DNA of 64,000 nt from Escherichia coli. GTDB taxonomy: Bacteria > Pseudomonadota > Gammaproteobacteria > Enterobacterales > Enterobacteriaceae. A program made the translations under genes and the position numbers. The stretch lies in assembly GCF_003019035.1 (NCBI RefSeq), contig NZ_CP027447.1. The stretch is one strand, 5' to 3'. Below the pieces are notes generated by a model. It searched no databases. It was not told where the DNA came from and saw only the letters and a list, made by a program, of their open reading frames with translations. Positions 56,500 to 64,000 of this stretch are shown one piece after another (the stretch's first letter is position 1; every line of letters starts with the position of its first letter).

Positions 56500-57432
56500 T
56501 TAATCTTTATAAATCGCGAAATGTTCACGGGCCGCCAGCAGCTGCTCTTTGGTGAGCATAAACACACCATCGCCGCCGTTATCAAACTCCAGCCAGGTGA
56601 ACGGAACATTCGGATATTGTTCCATAAGATGTACCATGCTGTTGCCCACTTCACAAATCAGTACGCCGTCATCCGCAAGGTAATCAGCCGCATTACCGAG
56701 AATGCGACGCGTCAGTTTCAGGCCGTCGGTGCCAGACGCCAGACCCAGTTCCGGCTCGTGGCGGTATTCGTTTGGCAGGTCGGACATATCTTCCGCATCG
56801 ACATACGGCGGGTTAGTGACAATCAGGTCGTACTGCACTTTCGGCAAGTCGCGGAACAGATCGGACCGAATAGGAATGACGTTGTGGATCAGACCGTGTT
56901 CTTCGATATTCTGTTCGGCAACCGCCAGCGCGTCGGGAGAGATATCTACCGCGTCGACTTCTGCATCCGGGAAGGCATAAGCACAGGCAATCGCAATGCA
57001 GCCGCTACCGGTACACATATCTAAAATATGCTGCGGTTGCTTGCTGATGAGTCCGGCAAATTTATTGTTGATCAGTTCACCAATCGGCGAGCGCGGCACC
57101 AGCACGCGTTCATCGACGTAAAATTCATGGCCGCAGAACCAGGCTTTGTTGGTCAGGTAAGCCACCGGAATGCGTTCGTTGACGCGGCGGATCACGCGCT
57201 CAACAATACGGTGTTTTTCGCTGGAGGTCAGACGCGCGGTGCGCATGTCTTCTGGGATATCCAGCGGCAGGTAGAGCGAAGGCAACACCAGTTGCACGGC
57301 TTCATCCCACGGATTATCGGTGCCGTGACCATACCAGATATTTGCCGCGCTGAAGCGGCTCACCGACCAGCGCAACATGTCCTGAATGGTTTGCAGCTCA
57401 TTTACTGCTTCATCAACGAAAATTTTATCCAC
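56500..57432 (-). CDS. prmB: Ribosomal protein uL3 glutamine N5-methyltransferase
   Basis: The GTG start after GGAGG gives (M)[14 protein letters not shown] (310 aa). NPPY motif. The longer track ORF is upstream read-through. Confidence 0.9.
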   Translation of the reverse strand: MDKIFVDEAVNELQTIQDMLRWSVSRFSAANIWYGHGTDNPWDEAVQLVLPSLYLPLDIPEDMRTARLTSSEKHRIVERVIRRVNERIPVAYLTNKAWFCGHEFYVDERVLVPRSPIGELINNKFAGLISKQPQHILDMCTGSGCIAIACAYAFPDAEVDAVDISPDALAVAEQNIEEHGLIHNVIPIRSDLFRDLPKVQYDLIVTNPPYVDAEDMSDLPNEYRHEPELGLASGTDGLKLTRRILGNAADYLADDGVLICEVGNSMVHLMEQYPNVPFTWLEFDNGGDGVFMLTKEQLLAAREHFAIYKD

Positions 57433-57597
57433 GTATTCCTCCAGGGCATGATCGCAATAATTTCGGCGGCTAGTTTGCCATGAAGATGACGATAAATCAG
57501 CATTCACACGCGGTGAGTGAGGAAAAATACGTTTTAAGCGATCGATTGTACGGTGAGTCGGGTAAACTGTAGGAAAATTAGAAATAGAGACAGTTAA

Positions 57598-58149
57598 ATG
57601 AAAAAGAAAACAACACTTAGCGAGGAGGACCAGGCGCTGTTTCGCCAGTTGATGGCGGGGACTCGCAAGATTAAGCAGGACACGATTGTCCACCGACCGC
57701 AGCGTAAAAAAATCAGCGAAGTGCCGGTCAAGCGGTTGATTCAGGAGCAGGCCGATGCCAGCCATTATTTCTCTGACGAGTTTCAACCATTATTAAATAC
57801 CGAAGGTCCGGTGAAATATGTTCGCCCGGATGTCAGCCATTTTGAAGCGAAGAAACTGCGGCGCGGTGATTATTCACCGGAGCTGTTTTTGGATTTGCAC
57901 GGTTTGACGCAGCTGCAAGCCAAGCAGGAGTTAGGCGCATTGATTGCCGCCTGCCGCCGCGAACATGTGTTTTGCGCCTGTGTGATGCATGGTCATGGTA
58001 AGCATATTTTGAAGCAGCAAACGCCGCTGTGGCTGGCGCAACATCCCCATGTAATGGCATTTCATCAGGCACCGAAAGAGTACGGTGGTGATGCGGCATT
58101 GCTGGTGTTGATTGAAGTGGATGAATGGCTGCCGCCGGAATTGCCCTGA
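57598..58149 (+). CDS. smrB: Ribosome-rescue endonuclease SmrB
   Basis: 183 aa with a C-terminal Smr domain (LDLHG...HGHG). Confidence 0.9.
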
Positions 58150-58234
58150 CATCATGACGGGCATACGCTTTCACTGACAGACGTCGACGGTTAAGTGTAA
58201 GATTATCCAAACAGAACTCAACGCAGGGCACTCA

Positions 58235-59593
58235 ATGATGAATATCCGCACGCTTAAGCTCACTAATCTGGGGCGGTTTGAAGAACTTGACGTTCATCTG
58301 GCTCCAGTGGAGGAGTTCAAGAGCAATGTGACCGTTTTTATTGGTAATAATGGTGCAGGTAAAACATCAATATTAAAATCGTTGGCAACCAGCCTGAGTT
58401 GGTTCGTTGCCCGAGTTCGTACTGAAAAAGGTAACGGTAGCCCTATTCCTGAAGACGCTATTCTGAACGGTAGGAGTTCGGCGACAATTGAACTTCAGGT
58501 ACTGAATACGCATCCAGCGACGGAGGTCGCTACGCCCTACCGTTGGTTGCTTGCCAGAACGGCCAGTGGGAAAAAATCGACCACCGCCTCCAGCCTGCAA
58601 GAGGCCAGCCAATTGGCTGCGTTTTATCGAGATCAATACACCCAGAATAGCGGGGCATCCTTCCCGCTTATCGCCTTCTATCCCGTAGAACGTGTCGTGC
58701 TGGATGTGCCGTTGAAAATAAAAGAACGTCATAATTTTTTGCAACTGGATGGCTACGATAACGCCCTGAATCAGGGTATTGATTTCCGCCGTTTCTTTGA
58801 GTGGTTTCGCAATCGCGAAGATGCAGAAAATGAATCGGGCTTACCGCAAGACGTTCTGGATAAGCTCAGTACCAGGATAGATCTCGATAACGCCGTCTTA
58901 AATGCATTAACGGCAATCATGGCCTCGTCCCGGGATCGCCAGTTGACCGCCGTCAGAACGGCCATTAGTCGCTTTATGCCAGGGTTCAGCAACTTACGCG
59001 TCAGGCGTAAACCTCGCCTGCATATGTCGATAGATAAAAATGGCCAGACACTGAATGTGCTGCAATTATCGCAGGGTGAAAAATCACTGATGGCGTTAGT
59101 CGGCGATATTGCTCGCCGCCTGGCAATGATGAACCCGATGTTAGAAAACCCGCTAAACGGCGAGGGAATTGTATTAATTGATGAAGTGGACATGCACCTG
59201 CATCCAACATGGCAGCGTACAATCATCCAGCGTCTGACGACAACATTCCCACATTGCCAGTTTGTCTTAACAACCCACTCTCCTTTAGTGATCAGTGATT
59301 GCAAAGATGTGCTGGTTTATTCTCTGGATGATGGCGAATTAACGCAGCTCCCGTCTCTGTATGGGCAAGATGCGAATACTGTGCTTTTGAATGTGATGGA
59401 TACGGATATTCGCAATGCGACAGTGGCAGAAAAACTTAACGATCTTTTGGATCTGATTCAGAAAAACGACTTTATCAACGCTAACGCTCTTCTGAATACG
59501 CTAAGCCTGGAACTTCCTGAAAACCATCTTGAACTGGTGAAAGCCAGAATGCTTCTGCGCAAACAGGAAATTAAACATGCGCGAAATAACTAA
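58235..59593 (+). CDS. AAA/ABC-type ATPase (AAA_15/21, PtuA-like)
   Basis: 452 aa. Walker A GNNGAGKTS, signature LSQGEKS, Walker B VLIDEVDMHLHP and H-loop TTHSP. Confidence 0.75.
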   Translation: MMNIRTLKLTNLGRFEELDVHLAPVEEFKSNVTVFIGNNGAGKTSILKSLATSLSWFVARVRTEKGNGSPIPEDAILNGRSSATIELQVLNTHPATEVATPYRWLLARTASGKKSTTASSLQEASQLAAFYRDQYTQNSGASFPLIAFYPVERVVLDVPLKIKERHNFLQLDGYDNALNQGIDFRRFFEWFRNREDAENESGLPQDVLDKLSTRIDLDNAVLNALTAIMASSRDRQLTAVRTAISRFMPGFSNLRVRRKPRLHMSIDKNGQTLNVLQLSQGEKSLMALVGDIARRLAMMNPMLENPLNGEGIVLIDEVDMHLHPTWQRTIIQRLTTTFPHCQFVLTTHSPLVISDCKDVLVYSLDDGELTQLPSLYGQDANTVLLNVMDTDIRNATVAEKLNDLLDLIQKNDFINANALLNTLSLELPENHLELVKARMLLRKQEIKHARNN

Positions 59594-60236
59594 AGGGCAA
59601 CCGCCGGCCAGTTTGCAACAGTGGGTGAGAGCAAAACCACGGGATAAAAATGCCAATCAGTGGTTTCAGGAACTTTATGCGCAAAAAAAATGGGATATCG
59701 TTGGCGATCTCAGCCAGCAGTGCGCTCAGGAGCAATTTTATCTCTGTGCTTATTGCTGCGATCGCGTGACAGGTACAAACCGCGATACCGTTAATGAACA
59801 TGTCGAAGCCAGGGATTTAGCCCCTGCTCGCAGTCTGGAATTCACCAATATCGTTGCAAGCTGCAAAACAAAAGGCCAGTGTGACGACTCGCATAAGAAC
59901 CAGCCATTGCTGTTAACGCCGCTTATGCCGGAATGTGAAACCGAGTTTATCTTCAAGATCAGTGGTCGAATTGAAGGGACGACGCCGAAAGCTATCGATG
60001 CGATTAAGGTACTCAACCTTGGCGATAGTGAACGTAATAATCGGGCATTGATTGAAAAACGTAAGCAGCTTTCCGACAGCCTTCTGTGGGCTAATGGCAT
60101 TGACCCTTCAGAGGGGCTTGAGGATGACGACCTGCTGCAAGCGGTTATCGACGAATTACTCACCCCCGTCGACGGTTATCTGGCACCTTTCGCTCCCGTG
60201 GTGGCGAATATTCTAAAAAACTGGATGACCGCATGA
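59577..60236 (+). CDS. HNH-type nuclease (TIGR02646-like, PtuB-like)
   Basis: 219 aa. CAYCC...NEHVEA Cys/His pattern. Overlaps the ATPase gene by 17 nt. Confidence 0.65.
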   Translation: MREITKGQPPASLQQWVRAKPRDKNANQWFQELYAQKKWDIVGDLSQQCAQEQFYLCAYCCDRVTGTNRDTVNEHVEARDLAPARSLEFTNIVASCKTKGQCDDSHKNQPLLLTPLMPECETEFIFKISGRIEGTTPKAIDAIKVLNLGDSERNNRALIEKRKQLSDSLLWANGIDPSEGLEDDDLLQAVIDELLTPVDGYLAPFAPVVANILKNWMTA

Positions 60237-60248
60237 CATAACGGACAA

Positions 60249-60266
60249 CGGGGCCAGATGGCCCCG
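60249..60266. other. GC-rich hairpin between the convergent HNH gene and yfcO
   Basis: CGGGGCC-agat-GGCCCCG. Confidence 0.4.
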
Positions 60267-60284
60267 CGTCGTGTGGTGTATGCG

Positions 60285-61145
60285 CTACAGTTCGTTGAGC
60301 GTGTACTGGAAGCGGCAAGTAGAATCAATCGGCTGCCTGCTGCTGGTATCCACCTGCACCACCATGTCGTGCAGTTGTTTGTCCGTAATGGGGTGCCGGT
60401 TGGGCGTAACCGTAACGCTTGAACTGTCGCAGCCGGAGGTGGAGAACGTGATCATCTCTGCCACAAAGCGGCAGTACGCACCGCGTTCATCCATCTGGCT
60501 GCCGTCGCAAAGCCTGCCGTTTTCCATCAGGAAGGTCGGGAGCGTTTTCTCAATTATGCCGCCCGTCGACTGTAATGACAGCACCTTCGTATACGAAATG
60601 TAATCCTCACTCCACGAAATATCATAGGTGGCCACTGAGACCGGGCAGGTCGAGTTACGCGCCTGCGGGCCGATATAGGGGCCCATTGTTTTTTCTAACG
60701 GCGCAGAACTCTCATTATACGTTGTGACCAGCCATGGGCAGCCATGCACGTCGGCATCATAATAAACGTCGATAGGCATATCGTAACAATCCCACTTGGT
60801 TTTATCCGATTGTTGATCATACTCAGCAAGCCCAGGACAGTTTGACAACGATGTTAAAACAAAATAATTCGAATATAAACTGGGCGGGGTATCACTCCCT
60901 GTCCAGCTAATATTTTCCAGATAACCCACTTGCAACGTGGTGGTGGAGTTCTTATACACACCATGCATAACACCGTCGGGGGTAAGAATATCAAGGTGGT
61001 ATCTGATTTGCGTATTGTAACTGGAAATGCCCGAAATCGTATGCAACGTGGCAATCTTTTTCGCCGCCTGCGCGCCCTCCCCCGCAAACATCAGCAGTAA
61101 CAAACAGGTTATCAAACGGAATATTTTCATATCAAAGGTACTCAA
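60285..61145 (-). CDS. yfcO: YfcO (DUF2544) fimbrial-cluster protein
   Basis: 286-aa secreted ORF. The start may instead be MKIFRLIT at 61130. Confidence 0.8.
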   Translation of the reverse strand: MSTFDMKIFRLITCLLLLMFAGEGAQAAKKIATLHTISGISSYNTQIRYHLDILTPDGVMHGVYKNSTTTLQVGYLENISWTGSDTPPSLYSNYFVLTSLSNCPGLAEYDQQSDKTKWDCYDMPIDVYYDADVHGCPWLVTTYNESSAPLEKTMGPYIGPQARNSTCPVSVATYDISWSEDYISYTKVLSLQSTGGIIEKTLPTFLMENGRLCDGSQMDERGAYCRFVAEMITFSTSGCDSSSVTVTPNRHPITDKQLHDMVVQVDTSSRQPIDSTCRFQYTLNEL

Positions 61146-61662
61146 ACGTTGCGGTTAAAGAAGCGGTAAACTCACCCATCGTCACTTCCCGGCCGCTTTT
61201 CGCCTGGAGCCAGGCATTAAAATTCAGATTGTTATCACCGTTACTCAGCACAAAGGTCGCGCCGCTGGTGTTGTTAATCGGCACCGCCGTTCCGTCGGTT
61301 TTTTCCATCCCAATCCCCACGCCCTGCGCCCCAGAGGAGGCATCCAGCGCCAGAAAACCGGGCTGCTCGCTGTCTTCCGTACCGGTCAGCGTCACCCGGA
61401 CCTGATACTCGGCTGGCCCTTTACAATCTTTCAGCTGAAACACCACCGGCACCCGCGCCGACTGCCCGGTCACCATCAGGTCTTTACGGCTGATGGTGGG
61501 GAAATGCACCTCCGCCAGCGTTTCGCCCTGAATCACCAGCGTGCAGGACTTACTGAGTAAATTGCCGTAGAAATGCAGGTTGTCAGCCGCCTGTGTCGTG
61601 CCGCCGTACGCCAGCAGCGCCGCCAGCGCCGCGTAGCGGTAATGTGTGCGAGTCAGATTCAT
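61132..61662 (-). CDS. yfcP: Fimbrial-like subunit YfcP
   Basis: 176 aa with a signal peptide and fimbrial fold. Overlapping operon arrangement. Confidence 0.8.
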   Translation of the reverse strand: MNLTRTHYRYAALAALLAYGGTTQAADNLHFYGNLLSKSCTLVIQGETLAEVHFPTISRKDLMVTGQSARVPVVFQLKDCKGPAEYQVRVTLTGTEDSEQPGFLALDASSGAQGVGIGMEKTDGTAVPINNTSGATFVLSNGDNNLNFNAWLQAKSGREVTMGEFTASLTATFEYL

Positions 61663-62138
61663 TGGTAATCCACCGTTAAGGTTGCCCAGGCAGAGAAGTT
61701 CCCTTCACTGAGCGCCGCGTCGCTGGCTTTTACCGGCACCGCGGTCAGCGTCGGCGGGCTCGCCGGGTCTATTTTCAACTGTTCGCCCACTTTAAACGGC
61801 TGGCCGTTTTGCTGAAGCTCAATCCCCAGGCCAGCGACGTCGGTTTCAATGGCGGCGTCATCGTAACTGGTCTGGTGACCCGTCCAGGTCAGGCTCATCT
61901 CCCAGGCGTCGTCGCGCACATCAGGATCGCAGGTGATGGTGTAAGGCACGTCCTGGCGGAAGTTGTCGCCGTTGATGTTGTCGATGATCACGTTGCTGAA
62001 CGCCACTTCAATGCTCTTACCGTCGCTGATGGTACAGGCGGGCGGCGAAACCAGCGTGCCGTGAAAAGTAACGTCGTTAACCGCGGCCTGCGACAGGCCA
62101 GCAAAACCGTAAAGTAAGCACCACGCGAGTCGTTTCAT
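61659..62138 (-). CDS. yfcQ: Fimbrial-like subunit YfcQ
   Basis: 159 aa with a signal peptide. Confidence 0.8.
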   Translation of the reverse strand: MKRLAWCLLYGFAGLSQAAVNDVTFHGTLVSPPACTISDGKSIEVAFSNVIIDNINGDNFRQDVPYTITCDPDVRDDAWEMSLTWTGHQTSYDDAAIETDVAGLGIELQQNGQPFKVGEQLKIDPASPPTLTAVPVKASDAALSEGNFSAWATLTVDYQ

Positions 62139-62638
62139 TGGTAGTCCACCACCATGGTCATGGTCGCGTTAAACTCCGATGCCATCAGTTCCACACCGCT
62201 CTGCTTCACCGGAACAGCTTCGAAGTCTGGCTGAGTACTGGTTTTGAACGGCAGCCAGCTGCTGTTGCCCACGGCCACCAGCGAATGGTCGGTGGCATTC
62301 TGAATGCGAATGCCGAAGCCATCGATCCCGGTACTCAGTACCGTTTCACCATTAATTGTGGTGGTGGTGGCCTGAAGCTGCATTCGCAGGTCGTCGCTGA
62401 CGCTGTTTGAACAGTTCATGGTGTAGCCCACCGGCTGACGGTAGTTAGTGCCATTAATGCCTTTAATGACCACACTGCCGAACTCCACCGCGCTTCCCTG
62501 TATCGAGCAGGGCGGTGGCCCATCCACCAGCACGCGCAGCGTCAGGTTGACGATTTTGCCGCCCGCCATTGCCGGGGAAACGGTCGCGCCACAGGCCAGC
62601 AGTAGCGCGGCAGACCCGGCCAGAAAGAACGCTTTCAT
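62135..62638 (-). CDS. yfcR: Fimbrial-like subunit YfcR
   Basis: Start placed at MKAFFLAGSAALLLACG (167 aa). Confidence 0.8.
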   Translation of the reverse strand: MKAFFLAGSAALLLACGATVSPAMAGGKIVNLTLRVLVDGPPPCSIQGSAVEFGSVVIKGINGTNYRQPVGYTMNCSNSVSDDLRMQLQATTTTINGETVLSTGIDGFGIRIQNATDHSLVAVGNSSWLPFKTSTQPDFEAVPVKQSGVELMASEFNATMTMVVDYQ

Positions 62639-62654
62639 GTTGCTTCTCCCGTTA

Positions 62655-63407
62655 TCAGCCTTTGCTGCTTTGATCTTCATCCACCTTGCAGGTGTCCCCT
62701 TCACAGCGGAAGATCAGCGGCAGGCGCGCGCCGTAGTCGTTGATGTAGGTCAGCACCGGGGCGCTGTCCATTTTTGCCTTTAACGGCTGTGACGTTTTCG
62801 GCGACATCACCAGCGGTTTAAACCCGGCGGCGGTCGGCCCTTTCTTCTGTGTGCTGGCATCGCTGATGATGACGTGGTATGGCGTCGGGTTATTGACGGT
62901 ATAGTCCTGGCCGCTGCGCGTGAGCGTCACCTTAAACTGCCACGGTTTTCTCATGTCGATCTTCTCCAGCGCCTTTGGTCGCCAGAACAGCTTGATGCGC
63001 GTTTGCAGGGCAATTTGCAGAGTGTTGGCTTTCCCGGTCTTTGGCGGGATCTCACGCACGTTGTAGTAGAACAGGCTTTCGCGGTCAGACGGCAGCGTGT
63101 GAATGTCCGGCAGCGCCTGAATCTTCACCTGGCCGTTCATCATGGCGTCAATACGCTGCACCGGCGGCAGTACCGCCAGCGGCGAGGTGATTTTGTTGCC
63201 CTTCTCGTCTTCCAGCCAGCTTTGCGCCAGGTAAGGCAGCTTTTCGTTGTTGTTACGCAACGTCACGCTGATCGATTTATCGCCTTCGTTAAACACCAGA
63301 CGGGTGCGGTCCGGGGTGACCGAGGCGTGCGCCGCCAGGCTGACGGTGGAAAGCAGTGCCGCCAGCGCCGTGCTGACGACCATTGAACTGGATAATTTAT
63401 AAGACAT
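62655..63407 (-). CDS. yfcS: Periplasmic fimbrial chaperone YfcS
   Basis: Start placed at MSYKLSSSMVV (250 aa). PapD-like RLVFNEGDKSISVTLRN. Confidence 0.85.
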   Translation of the reverse strand: MSYKLSSSMVVSTALAALLSTVSLAAHASVTPDRTRLVFNEGDKSISVTLRNNNEKLPYLAQSWLEDEKGNKITSPLAVLPPVQRIDAMMNGQVKIQALPDIHTLPSDRESLFYYNVREIPPKTGKANTLQIALQTRIKLFWRPKALEKIDMRKPWQFKVTLTRSGQDYTVNNPTPYHVIISDASTQKKGPTAAGFKPLVMSPKTSQPLKAKMDSAPVLTYINDYGARLPLIFRCEGDTCKVDEDQSSKG

Positions 63408-63426
63408 TGATCGTTCCTTAATCAGA

Positions 63427-64000
63427 TTATTGAGTAGCTGAAATTGACGTCGGCGCTTCCGTTGGTGTGACTTGCCGCGTCTGGTCCTGAATAACAGGTT
63501 TAATTTCTGGCGCTGAAGAATCAGGGGCTGCCGTTCCCTTTTGTTCACACGGCAACAACAGGCCGCTGAACAGATCGGCAGGTAGCGGCTTCGGCAATAC
63601 GATCTCGCATTGTGCGCTGCCTTCCCAGAATACCGTCATATGCTCACCCGCATTGACTCCCGCCAGATAGACATTGCCTTCATCATCCACAATGCCAACC
63701 TGCTGCTGCTCGTCGTTTTTCACTTCCGCGCCAAACGGCGGGTAGCTGCCGTCACGCAACCGCAGTACCGCCATCGCTTTTTGCCCGCTGATCACTTTGA
63801 ATTTGCGATAGCCAATTGCACCTTCCGTCAGGGTTGCCTGTACCACCGACTGGGTGGCTTCCGCATCTTCCGGCAGGTTGTTTAAATCGATATACGCCTG
63901 ATTGCGATAGTAGTTGTTAATATCGGCGACCACCGCCTTGCCAAACATATTGGTGTACACCGGCGCGCCGTTGCTTTCGACCGGCACGTCAGCAATCCCG
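63427..64000 (-). CDS. yfcU: Fimbrial usher, C-terminal part (partial; continues beyond the window)
   Basis: The frame is open to the window edge and the sequence resembles an usher C-terminal domain. Confidence 0.75.
   Translation of the reverse strand, partial: GIADVPVESNGAPVYTNMFGKAVVADINNYYRNQAYIDLNNLPEDAEATQSVVQATLTEGAIGYRKFKVISGQKAMAVLRLRDGSYPPFGAEVKNDEQQQVGIVDDEGNVYLAGVNAGEHMTVFWEGSAQCEIVLPKPLPADLFSGLLLPCEQKGTAAPDSSAPEIKPVIQDQTRQVTPTEAPTSISATQ

Overview
The window is an E. coli-type chromosomal segment with two accessory insertions. The core gene order is argT-ubiX-purF-cvpA-dedD-folC-accD-dedA-truA-usg-pdxB, then flk-yfcJ-fabB-mnmC-yfcL-epmC-yfcA-mepA-aroC-prmB-smrB, then the yfcO-yfcU fimbrial cluster. 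Gene identities come from my memory of the protein sequences and from synteny; no searches were run.

Insertion 1 is a roughly 36-kb P2-family prophage (10921-46903). It is bounded by a perfect 20-bp direct repeat that lies inside the first codons of pdxB. It has a complete P2-like gene set: int, C, cox, A, Q P O N M L X, lysis genes, R S V W J I H, FI FII E T U D and ogr. It also carries unusual cargo and regulatory features:
- a c4/CI-type antisense-RNA module upstream of gene A
- an R1-type parM/parR pair in the A-Q hotspot
- a small moron with a structured leader
- a six-site multiple-inversion tail-fiber system with a Hin/Gin-family invertase
- an unannotated hok-family type I toxin locus
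- a Mu com-like zinc-finger gene overlapping a beta-class DNA methyltransferase, preceded by three GATC sites

Several prophage genes carry short-homopolymer frameshifts: the o-spanin and two tail-fiber cassettes.

Insertion 2 is a 2.1-kb two-gene islet between smrB and yfcO (58150-60284). It encodes an ATPase plus an HNH nuclease and is Septu/PtuAB-like.

The candidates most worth follow-up are the c4-like riboregulator, the pdxB 5' replacement by the prophage, the com-methylase module together with the GATC-rich motif it shares with the A-Q hotspot, and the co-occurrence of parMR with hok, which are the counterparts of plasmid R1's two stability loci.
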